A DNA stretch of 32,000 bases from Acinetobacter sp. ANC 3903. GTDB taxonomy: Bacteria > Pseudomonadota > Gammaproteobacteria > Pseudomonadales > Moraxellaceae. The notes below the pieces were generated by a model. That model was not told the DNA's origin. It was given only the letters and a program-made list of their open reading frames with translations, and did no database searches. Both the position numbers and the translations under genes were made by a program. This document shows, piece by piece, positions 20,807-28,039 of the stretch. The stretch is from the NCBI RefSeq assembly GCF_002135315.1, contig NZ_NEGA01000024.1, positions 25,736 to 57,735 on the forward strand, in the 5' to 3' direction. Numbering within the stretch: the stretch's first letter is position 1; every line of letters starts with the position of its first letter.

Positions 20807-21601
20807 ATGTTTGAAATATCGCAACTAAATTTGATCCAGCAGTTGCTTAAAGGACATAAAGTTTCTTCACAGATTGAAGGGTTACTCAAGCAAAAATATT
20901 TAAATGTCGAAGCCACATTATTAAGAGCAAAAAAGCTCAGAGAAATAGAGAAGGCAGGGCACATTGTGATCCTGCAAGACCCCATTACAGCGCATATCGA
21001 AGATGTAGCTTATTTGTTCTCACCATTTATATTGGCTAATCTGAATCGGAAGGTTATTTATTACACAGCTAAAAATGAACAAATTTTAAGCATTTTGTCG
21101 CGGTATTATCAGGCTAGTTATAACAATCTCAGCTTTAATTTTGATGAACTATTGGACAGCCTGGGCTTATCTCTACAATTAAATGATGAAGAAATGACTC
21201 GGGAAGAATTATTTTATCTAAATTTAATCAAAGGCTTATGTAATTCAAAAGTATCTAGGATGGTTTGTATTACGCGTCTGAATGTCAATCTGGAATTGAT
21301 TAATCTAATTGCTGATTTTCTGCATGTGCAGATTCAAGTCATTGCTCTAGAACAGCAATCTGAATACTTAGATATAAATAAAATCAATATGTTACAACTA
21401 TTGTTTAAGAATAAAAGTGATGAATACATACAACTTTGTACAAAATTTTCTCAAATTAATGCCAAGTTGCTGAAAATATTAGATTTATATAGATTTGATC
21501 AAGCCCAATTGCTGGTAGATGATATGTTTTATTCAGAGCATATTTTTGAAAAACTTTCAGTCTATGGTGAATATATGCAAACTAAAATTCAATATCATTA
21601 A
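20807..21601 (+). CDS. Hypothetical protein (264 aa), no family recognised
   Basis: Long ORF divergent from the MocR gene. Leu/Ile/Asn-rich and predicted helical. No motif identifiable by eye. Confidence 0.6.
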   Translation: MFEISQLNLIQQLLKGHKVSSQIEGLLKQKYLNVEATLLRAKKLREIEKAGHIVILQDPITAHIEDVAYLFSPFILANLNRKVIYYTAKNEQILSILSRYYQASYNNLSFNFDELLDSLGLSLQLNDEEMTREELFYLNLIKGLCNSKVSRMVCITRLNVNLELINLIADFLHVQIQVIALEQQSEYLDINKINMLQLLFKNKSDEYIQLCTKFSQINAKLLKILDLYRFDQAQLLVDDMFYSEHIFEKLSVYGEYMQTKIQYH

Positions 21602-21609
21602 ACTAAAAA

Positions 21610-21638
21610 AGCAGCATGCTTGACGAAAACATGCTGCT
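21610..21638 (-). terminator. Intrinsic terminator (perfect 9-bp stem) serving the minus-strand small ORF
   Basis: AGCAGCATG (21610-21618) and CATGCTGCT (21630-21638) with an 11-nt loop. On the minus strand the hairpin is followed by TTTTTT. Confidence 0.65.
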
Positions 21639-21664
21639 TGATCATAGATTTAGTTATATTGAAA

Positions 21665-21823
21665 TCATGGAAGATATGAATTATCTGCATTAACCACGAA
21701 TGCGACACCAATACAGAACAATAAAGCATAAATCCCGAACCAAATGATGGCGCGTTTGAAAGCTTTATCTGAAATGCCACTGTCAGCGTATTTTTGCTGT
21801 CTTTTTTGCTCTTGATCGTTCAT
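21665..21823 (-). CDS. Small membrane protein (52 aa), below the ORF-track cut-off
   Basis: Manual translation: MNDQEQKRQQKYADSGISDKAFKRAIIWFGIYALLFCIGVAFVVNADNSYLP. One clear TM helix, followed by the terminator at 21610-21638. The track's ORF 21598..21780 is in a different frame and looks spurious. Confidence 0.45.
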   Translation of the reverse strand: MNDQEQKRQQKYADSGISDKAFKRAIIWFGIYALLFCIGVAFVVNADNSYLP

Positions 21824-22011
21824 CAGGCTATCTCAATTTGTCTATCTGTTAGCTTGATTATTGACGATGTAAATGAGTATCTATAGATACAAAAAAGTGA
21901 AATATTTATATAACAGTTATAGTTTTAAATTTGCAGGGGCATATTGAAAGCGTGCTATGAATAGCTATTATAAATCCAATGCAAAAAATTTAGACCTGGC
22001 TTTAAACGGAT

Positions 22012-22623
22012 TTATCTATTTTCCAGAATGGATAAAAATGCTTCGATAAAGTTAGGTAGTCTTTTATGATGAATTTGTCCCACTTTAATGATTTCATAAG
22101 TTAAACCATCGGGTTGGAGCTTCTCACTTTCTATTTTTAACAGTTGTTGGGTTGACTGTAAGCCCTTTAACCAATCTTCAAGTGCTTTGATCGGTATATC
22201 ATTTTTAATATCGCCACCTTGCATCGCTGTTTTAAAATGGCTTAAGGTTGTACTGTCTTTAAAGCAGACTTCAACCCGATGTTCGGTACTGTTAAATAGA
22301 TCATGCTTGATCACAAACAGAAATTTTCCACTGACAGGTTTTAGGGCAGTGATATAAATATTTTTATGGTTTAGGCTATATCTTTTATTTTTGGCATTAT
22401 TAAATTCTGAAGTCCATCCTTGAGACTCTAAAAATTTATCCATTTCAATGAAGATCAGATCGGTGACTTGTTCTTCAAGCGTATCTGCAAGCTCCTTAAG
22501 TTCATGGCTAATCACGATTAAATTATTTTCCAACTTTGATCGTTGGGATTCCTCATCATCATGCTGTTTGGATTGGGCTAATACGGCTTGGAAGCGTTGT
22601 TCAGGCGTCATGATTCTACTCAC
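22012..22623 (-). CDS. Hypothetical protein (203 aa), no family recognised
   Basis: Single long ORF in an AT-rich region, with a charged coiled-coil-like N-terminus. Confidence 0.6.
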   Translation of the reverse strand: MSRIMTPEQRFQAVLAQSKQHDDEESQRSKLENNLIVISHELKELADTLEEQVTDLIFIEMDKFLESQGWTSEFNNAKNKRYSLNHKNIYITALKPVSGKFLFVIKHDLFNSTEHRVEVCFKDSTTLSHFKTAMQGGDIKNDIPIKALEDWLKGLQSTQQLLKIESEKLQPDGLTYEIIKVGQIHHKRLPNFIEAFLSILENR

Positions 22624-23101
22624 TTGATATAAAGCCTTATGCGTTAATGATGTGGCTGAATATATATAATTGCAAGTAAGAAGAAGGTACTTAAACCAAT
22701 CGTTTTCAACAGAATATAGATGAGTGTAAAATTATATATTATTGATATGTAAATATAAATTAATTAATTTTGATATCTGTGATATGTAATAGTGGTTAAA
22801 ATAAATACACATTTTGTAGCGATTCAACGAAGCAAATTTTTATTGCGCAAATTTCTCACTGGAATCCGAAAAAATTAATGGAATAAGAAGCAACTCAATA
22901 GAACATTTCTAATAAGTCACGTTAAGGGAGAATAATACTGTTGGGTAAGTAACAACTCTAATTTTAATATTTAGATAACTTGCAGACTATGAAAAGATGA
23001 CATACCTAATGACACTTAATTATTTTGATCTAAATTTACTAAGATTGAATAATTATTGCCAAACAATCATTTTTGAATCATTGACGTCCGTAAACAGAGT
23101 A

Positions 23102-24074
23102 ACCCCAATCCTGTTTAAGCCAATGATTCCATAATCTGAATGATTGGCTTATTTCGATGGATTAATTGGTATGCACATACCGAAGCATAAATCCCACTTA
23201 AAAAGCCCGAAATACTACGAGCTTTACTTGTTACTAAATTGTATTGTCCTTTCAATAGGCTGAATAACGTTTCTATTTTATTGCGCTGTTTTAAGTGATA
23301 TTCATCAGATTTTGGTAGTTGAACAGACTTCATATTCTTTCGATGATAGGTAATCAAATCAATACCTTGATCTCTTAATCTGCTTTTTAATTCTTGGCTG
23401 ATATAGCCACGATCTCCATAGAGCTTCGCTTGTAAACCTGTAACTAACTGCTCAACCATTTTAATGTCAGCAATATGCCCATTGGATAATGCTGAGCTAA
23501 TGATCTCGCCAAATTGATTCATCACGATATGTAATTTACAGCCATAAAACCACCCCATCGAGCTTTTACCGCGAGATGCGATCTTGGCTAATGATTTATG
23601 GCGTTGGATGCGTTGATTTTTACAGACAGGTAGAGTCGTTGAGTCAATCCATAAATATTGTTTGTATTGATCTTTCATCAGAGCGACATGTAGAGCGTGT
23701 AGTGCCAATTGATGCCTATTAATCAGGTGAATCATGCGATGGTAACAGGGCAAGCTTTTAAATAAATGACTTTTATCCTGTTTCAACCATGAGAAGAATG
23801 CTTTGAAATTGTTGAAGTGAGAACACTTATACCAAATGGCGATAAAGGTGATTTCAGAGATACTCAGTTGTGCTTTTCGGATTCTTAAGCAGTGATTGCT
23901 TTGCTTTAGAAATTTCCAATAAGTTGCTTCAAATTTAAGAAAGAAATCATCAATTACACAGAATAATTCGGTACTATTGAACATAAGGACTAGAGTTGTG
24001 AGTTTGGTGTGGTAACTCAACTGATGGCTCTAGTCCTCCCGTTTTTCAAGTTAAGTCTTATCCGCGATTCGGGT
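23102..24074 (-). mobile_element. IS982-family insertion sequence (ISAba4/ISAba9/ISAba825-like), about 973 bp, apparently intact
   Basis: Imperfect terminal inverted repeats: ACCCCAATCCTGTTTAAGCC (23102->) versus ACCCGAATCGCGGATAAGAC (reverse complement of 24074<-), about 14/20 matches. Flanked by the direct repeat AGAGTA at 23096-23101 and 24075-24080. Single DDE transposase ORF. Confidence 0.85.
23115..23984 (-). CDS. IS982-family DDE transposase
   Basis: Probable start is MFNSTELFCVIDDFF (ATG at 23984; the track extends to 23115..24020). Family-typical blocks: LWIDSTTLPVCKNQRI, WFYGCKLHIVMN, LYGDRGYIS, YHRKNM...RNKIETLFSLLK. Confidence 0.88.
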   Translation of the reverse strand: MFNSTELFCVIDDFFLKFEATYWKFLKQSNHCLRIRKAQLSISEITFIAIWYKCSHFNNFKAFFSWLKQDKSHLFKSLPCYHRMIHLINRHQLALHALHVALMKDQYKQYLWIDSTTLPVCKNQRIQRHKSLAKIASRGKSSMGWFYGCKLHIVMNQFGEIISSALSNGHIADIKMVEQLVTGLQAKLYGDRGYISQELKSRLRDQGIDLITYHRKNMKSVQLPKSDEYHLKQRNKIETLFSLLKGQYNLVTSKARSISGFLSGIYASVCAYQLIHRNKPIIQIMESLA

Positions 24075-24141
24075 AGAGTAACAAGTTTAGTTAAATGAGT
24101 AACGTATAGCGAACATGCTTTATATAAATTACATAGTTAGC

Positions 24142-24169
24142 ATTTCGTATAATATATATTATGTTAAAT
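24142..24169 (+). other. dif site (XerC arm ATTTCGTATAA, central TATATA, XerD arm TTATGTTAAAT); left junction (attL) of the integrated phage array
   Basis: 28-bp match to the gammaproteobacterial dif layout. The XerD arm is identical to E. coli dif (TTATGTTAAAT) and the XerC arm equals the Acinetobacter dif/pdif XerC consensus. Repeat identity with the second site starts at 24157. Confidence 0.85.
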
Positions 24170-24213
24170 AAGATATCCGAGATTGCGCCCTACATAACTC
24201 AGCCGTTGGCGCA

Positions 24214-24259
24214 ACTTCACTGGAGAGATTCACCAACATATTAATCTCTCCAGTGAAGT
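24214..24259. other. Perfect 17-bp inverted repeat hairpin (candidate packaging signal or minus-strand origin); second copy at 25717-25762
   Basis: ACTTCACTGGAGAGATT (24214-24230), a 12-nt loop, then AATCTCTCCAGTGAAGT (24243-24259). It is preceded by a 7-bp stem, TTGCGCC (24183-24189) paired with GGCGCAA (24208-24214). Confidence 0.6.
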
Positions 24260-24301
24260 ATCTTAATGAACATAATATACGTTATGCCGAAATCCGTGAG
24301 C

Positions 24302-24332
24302 TTTGGAAGTTTATATTTTTATTTTGGAAGTT
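24302..24332. repeat. Two 10-bp direct repeats TTTGGAAGTT spaced 21 bp apart (iteron-like); second copy at 25805-25835
   Basis: TTTGGAAGTT at 24302-24311 and at 24323-24332, inside the 415-bp repeat. Confidence 0.5.
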
Positions 24333-24543
24333 AATTTATAAACGTCCAATTCATTTTACTAAGCAACTCACCTACGGATCACAAAGCAGCTAATAGGATG
24401 ACATTACAAGCCTAACAATTCAGGAAAAAATAAATACGCCAATCCATAGAATAAAAATGGCTGCAATGCCAATAAAAGCAATGCAAAAATTAAAGCCTTC
24501 AAATTGATATTTTTTAACATAAAAGCCCTATTTTGATTCAAAT

Positions 24544-24690
24544 TTAGTCAATCGTAACCCGCATGTTATAAATGGGGGTGGAAAAATCAGTCAGGAGACT
24601 CGATTCAGGACTGAAGAAGTGTTGATTTAGGGTACTTTCCCCCGTGTTTTCACGGGTAATGGTGCTTTTTTGATCATTCTTATTTTTCAT
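24544..24690 (-). pseudogene. Truncated Rep: first 42 codons of the phage replication initiator fused to intergenic sequence (48-aa stub)
   Basis: 24572-24690 is identical to 31882-32000. Translation is MKNKNDQKSTITRENTGESTLNQHFFSPESSLLTDFSTPIYN then MRVTID*. Confidence 0.85.
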
Positions 24691-24890
24691 GATTAACCCC
24701 AATTAAAACAAACTGAATAGCCAGAGATAAAACCTAAAACAACACCAAGAGCATATGAAGCTAAATGTAGACCTGACATGTAATCACCCCAAACAACGAG
24801 TTAAATGGAATGAAATAAGACCTTTGAACATGATTGAATGACAACGAGGACATTCAGCAAGGTCGATTTGATGAACTGCATTAATTCGCA

Positions 24891-25139
24891 TTAGCAATCC
24901 CCCATTTCTTCTTTTAATTCAGCATTTGTTTTCTTATAGAGATCTGCATAAGCATCAATGTATGAATAGTCATAAGCCATTTCACTTGCAACAAGCGCCA
25001 AGTGTTCTAAGCACTGCTCTGTAGAGAAAGCAGGTACAAAGTTCTCTAAAGCGCATTGACCATGTTGAGAAACCAGTTCAGCAACTCGGTTAAAGGCTGC
25101 TTGGGTGAAATCTTGAGGACTCTTATAATTTAGTTCCAT
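24891..25139 (-). CDS. Phage hypothetical protein (82 aa), first gene of the leftward (replication) operon
   Basis: ORF upstream of rep' on the same strand and divergent from the 68-aa ORF. No family recognised. Confidence 0.5.
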   Translation of the reverse strand: MELNYKSPQDFTQAAFNRVAELVSQHGQCALENFVPAFSTEQCLEHLALVASEMAYDYSYIDAYADLYKKTNAELKEEMGDC

Positions 25140-25202
25140 GTAACAACATCACATGCAATGATTTTGACGAAACATAACACAATTACACGTAACAATACAA
25201 CA

Positions 25203-25225
25203 TGTGACAAAATAATATTGTCACA
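25203..25225. promoter_or_regulatory. Operator-like perfect palindrome TGTGACAA-AATAATA-TTGTCACA in the divergent promoter region
   Basis: 8-bp arms separated by 7 bp. It lies 24 bp upstream of the 68-aa ORF start, in the 109-bp gap between divergent ORFs. Confidence 0.5.
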
Positions 25226-25248
25226 AGAAACATTGTTGAGTTACTTAA

Positions 25249-25455
25249 ATGAGAAAATCTGATCTTTCAAAAACTTATAGAGTTCGCGGAGAATTTACAG
25301 ACAAGATCAAAAGCTTATCGTTAGATTTCATTATCGAAACTAAAGAAAGAATAGAAGAAGCGGATATCGTTAATGCTTTGCTTTACAAGCACTTAAACGA
25401 ATTAAAGGCAAAAGATGTAACTAAATATATAGAGGAAATAAAAAAAGCGGATTAA
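25249..25455 (+). CDS. Small phage regulator candidate (68 aa), divergent from the replication operon (repressor position)
   Basis: Only plus-strand gene of the module. Charged and helical, followed by an intrinsic terminator. The function is inferred from its position, analogous to rstR in CTXphi-type phages. Confidence 0.5.
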   Translation: MRKSDLSKTYRVRGEFTDKIKSLSLDFIIETKERIEEADIVNALLYKHLNELKAKDVTKYIEEIKKAD

Positions 25456-25490
25456 TTTGATTTTCATGGATATTGAGTACTGAACAAAAA

Positions 25491-25516
25491 GGGCCTTTTA
25501 TAGGCCCTTCTCTTTT
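25491..25516 (+). terminator. Intrinsic terminator after the 68-aa ORF
   Basis: GGGCC-TTTTATA-GGCCC hairpin followed by TTCTCTTTT. Confidence 0.6.
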
Positions 25517-25642
25517 GATACATTTTGCCAATCATAAAAAATAGTGAAAAACATTAAGTTATTGTTTTTTATAAATTACGTTTAGCTAGGGAAAAGCTCT
25601 CCGGTTTAACTCGATGTGTAATAAAATGCCAAGCTCTGACGA

Positions 25643-25672
25643 ATGTCGCATAACGTAACTATTATGTTAAAT
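25643..25672 (+). other. dif-like phage attP / tandem junction: ATGTCGCATAA - CGTAACTA - TTATGTTAAAT
   Basis: The XerD arm is identical to the one at 24159-24169. A good XerC-like arm (9/11 to ATTTCGTATAA; TCGCATAA as in E. coli dif) is found only if the central region is 8 bp. Confidence 0.6.
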
Positions 25673-26074
25673 AAGATATCCGAGATTGCGCCCTACATAA
25701 CTCAGCCGTTGGCGCAACTTCACTGGAGAGATTCACCAACATATTAATCTCTCCAGTGAAGTATCTTAATGAACATAATATACGTTATGCCGAAATCCGT
25801 GAGCTTTGGAAGTTTATATTTTTATTTTGGAAGTTAATTTATAAACGTCCAATTCATTTTACTAAGCAACTCACCTACGGATCACAAAGCAGCTAATAGG
25901 ATGACATTACAAGCCTAACAATTCAGGAAAAAATAAATACGCCAATCCATAGAATAAAAATGGCTGCAATGCCAATAAAAGCAATGCAAAAATTAAAGCC
26001 TTCAAATTGATATTTTTTAACATAAAAGCCCTATTTTGATTCAAATTTAGTCAATCGTAACCCGCATGTTATAA
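25660..26074. repeat. 415-bp direct repeat, copy 2
   Basis: Identical to 24157-24571. Confidence 0.95.
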
Positions 26075-26078
26075 GCCG

Positions 26079-26279
26079 CTATAATCTGCCAATCGTATGA
26101 TCCAACTTAATAAAAAGTACCTTTAATTGATCAATCTCTCGAGATAAATCATCATTCGATAACTGTATGTTTTCTAAATGTTTTTCTAAACATTCACGGA
26201 TAAAAATATAATCTTCTTTAAGTAAAACTCCCTTATTTCTATTGTAGCCAACTGTTCTATATAGATGTCTATTAATCAT
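26079..26279 (-). CDS. Phage accessory hypothetical protein (66 aa)
   Basis: ORF between zot and the intergenic region, divergent from the 87-aa ORF. No family recognised. Confidence 0.4.
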   Translation of the reverse strand: MINRHLYRTVGYNRNKGVLLKEDYIFIRECLEKHLENIQLSNDDLSREIDQLKVLFIKLDHTIGRL

Positions 26280-26320
26280 TCAGTGTAAAATCCGATTTTT
26301 ATCACATACTTAGATTAACC

Positions 26321-26584
26321 ATGCTAGAAAATCTATTTAATAAAAACAGATATATTTCAAACACCAATCTACTGTATAAAATTGCCAAAGATGCGTTACT
26401 TGAAAAGCATGTCATTAAACGCGGAAATCAAATTTTAGTATATGAAATCAGCAGCTTAAGACAGAAAGGAAAATTCATCAAAAGTCTGGAAATCAATAAA
26501 TTACCTATCACATTAAAATCAAAAAAATCAATCAAATATGCAAAAGTACCTAAACGTTCAGAAATCATTAAAGATTTTATTTAA
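26321..26584 (+). CDS. Phage accessory hypothetical protein (87 aa, very basic)
   Basis: Only plus-strand ORF within the structural half of the phage. Lys-rich. Followed by a GGGCG-GAACA-CGCCC hairpin at 26592-26606. Confidence 0.45.
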   Translation: MLENLFNKNRYISNTNLLYKIAKDALLEKHVIKRGNQILVYEISSLRQKGKFIKSLEINKLPITLKSKKSIKYAKVPKRSEIIKDFI

Positions 26585-26647
26585 TCAGTTCGGGCGGAAC
26601 ACGCCCTCTGTTATGCCCTATTAGATTCATTCTCCCGGATTTTGTAA

Positions 26648-28039
26648 TCAGAGAGAAGATGTTTCAGTATTTTGATTTTCCGGTTCACTCGTAGACACTC
26701 GCTCTGTAGATTGTTGATTAGAGTGTGATTGATTTGTTGAAGAATTACCCTGAGCAAAATAATTAAATGGTCTGTAACCATCTAACCACCTTCTACAATC
26801 CTTTTCAGACACTGAGAGCATATAGTTACCCTGCTGATCCACAGCAACAAGCTTACCACTGGAGAGCTTTATCACACCTGACATTCTAGGAAAGTCATTT
26901 GGATTTACTTCCTCAGGCACATATTCAAAATCATAAGGTTTTGAAGGATCATAAACATACTTCTTAACCTCTCCAGCTGAAGAAACCGATAAGCCACCTT
27001 TTGAAATATCATCAAACCATTTTGTGCATTCAGGTGTTTCAATATTTACAGCTTTTCTACAGATATTAGATAAATCTTGAATCTGCTGTTGTTGGGGTTG
27101 CTGTTGTGTCTGAGCCTTAGTCTGTTGTGGAGAAGCCGAAGACGTTGAAACAGTTTCAGCTTGAGCAGAATTCTTAAAGAATCCAAATTCAGAGGAATAA
27201 GCTCGATAGCCAGAATAAACAATTAAACAAAGAAAAAGTAAAACTGGGATTTTCAAACCCCAAGGCAATGAAGCTTTAGCTGTATGCTGTTCTGCTGAAA
27301 TGTAATACTTAAAAAGCCGTTTAGGGAAAAACCATATTTTCCAAGAAAGAGCATTTTTACGAGTAGCATTACCGAAACTATCCTGAATCTCAGAATAACT
27401 ATAAATAATCGCCAACTGCATCTTAAAAAGACGACGAAGAATTAAATGCTCAGAGGTTGCAGCCTTAACAAAGGAATTTAAAAGGTCAGGCTTTTGAGTA
27501 ACAAGAACAATGTCAAAGCCAAAATGACGATGCATAGTTAAAGCACGGCCAATATCTAAAATATCCTCTTTAGCTCTCTCAAGTGCTACCTTTTGAAGAT
27601 TGCGAACATTTTGAATTAACTGTTCTTGTTCTTTAACCTTTAAAGATAAAGGCAATTCTGTATAAACAAAACCATGCTTATTTAAAAGATCAATTTTTAA
27701 AGGAGTTGGAAGATTTGCATAATCTAGAATTTTAGTAACTTGATTATTATAGAGTTCATTAATATATCGAGGTAACTGATAATTTTTAAGCAAATCAGTC
27801 TTAGAAAAAGCTGGGTGTTCATGGGCTTCATCAAAAACAATTAAAGAACCATCTGGAAGATCTCGCCAGTCAAAAGGATTATTTGTTGAAGATGTAATAG
27901 GCAAAACACCTGGAATATTAATTCCAATGATGTTTGTAAAAATCATACGGTTAGGATTTTTTCTAACCGTTGTTTCTAATAGTTCAACACACCAAAGTGA
28001 CTTACCTGATCCAGGTGGTGCTGATATGGCTGTAAGCAT
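26648..28039 (-). CDS. Zot-like / pI-type filamentous phage assembly ATPase
   Basis: 463 aa. N-terminal P-loop ISAPPGSGKS and Walker B LIVFDEAHE. Central TM helix (IPVLLFLCLIVYSGY) and a Q-rich linker. AAGGGG RBS. Confidence 0.9.
   Translation of the reverse strand: MLTAISAPPGSGKSLWCVELLETTVRKNPNRMIFTNIIGINIPGVLPITSSTNNPFDWRDLPDGSLIVFDEAHEHPAFSKTDLLKNYQLPRYINELYNNQVTKILDYANLPTPLKIDLLNKHGFVYTELPLSLKVKEQEQLIQNVRNLQKVALERAKEDILDIGRALTMHRHFGFDIVLVTQKPDLLNSFVKAATSEHLILRRLFKMQLAIIYSYSEIQDSFGNATRKNALSWKIWFFPKRLFKYYISAEQHTAKASLPWGLKIPVLLFLCLIVYSGYRAYSSEFGFFKNSAQAETVSTSSASPQQTKAQTQQQPQQQQIQDLSNICRKAVNIETPECTKWFDDISKGGLSVSSAGEVKKYVYDPSKPYDFEYVPEEVNPNDFPRMSGVIKLSSGKLVAVDQQGNYMLSVSEKDCRRWLDGYRPFNYFAQGNSSTNQSHSNQQSTERVSTSEPENQNTETSSL

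Larger units (their letters stand above)
24157..24571. repeat. 415-bp direct repeat, copy 1 (phage intergenic region; identical to 25660-26074)
   Basis: Base-by-base comparison by eye found no mismatch, at a constant offset of 1,503 bp. It begins inside the dif central region/XerD arm and ends at ...CGTAACCCGCATGTTATAA. Confidence 0.95.
24159..25661 (-). mobile_element. 1,503-bp mini-phage/satellite-like deletion derivative of the adjacent filamentous prophage, integrated in tandem at dif
   Basis: Made of the 415-bp repeat, 119 bp identical to the 5' end of rep (24572-24690 = 31882-32000) and a roughly 960-bp regulatory region ending at a dif-like attP. It has no structural genes. Confidence 0.7.

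Noticed and set aside
20642-20985. Minus-strand ORFs 20642..20824 and 20674..20985 in the MocR / 264-aa intergenic region
   Set aside because: They overlap each other and the start of the 264-aa ORF, give Cys/Ile/Phe-rich AT-driven translations and have no RBS. This is probably promoter DNA.
21598-21780. Track ORF 21598..21780 (minus, 60 aa)
   Set aside because: It runs through the terminator hairpin at 21610-21638. The alternative frame (21665..21823) gives a clean TM mini-protein ending before the terminator.
24142-24169. tRNA/tmRNA gene as the phage attachment site
   Set aside because: No cloverleaf-capable sequence was seen flanking the prophage. The junction is a full XerC/XerD dif site.
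24157-26074. The 415-bp direct repeats as a CRISPR array, composite-transposon ends or LTR-like element
   Set aside because: There are only two copies 1.5 kb apart, no short repeat-spacer periodicity and no transposase between them. The repeats begin exactly inside dif-like sites, which fits tandem Xer-mediated integration instead.
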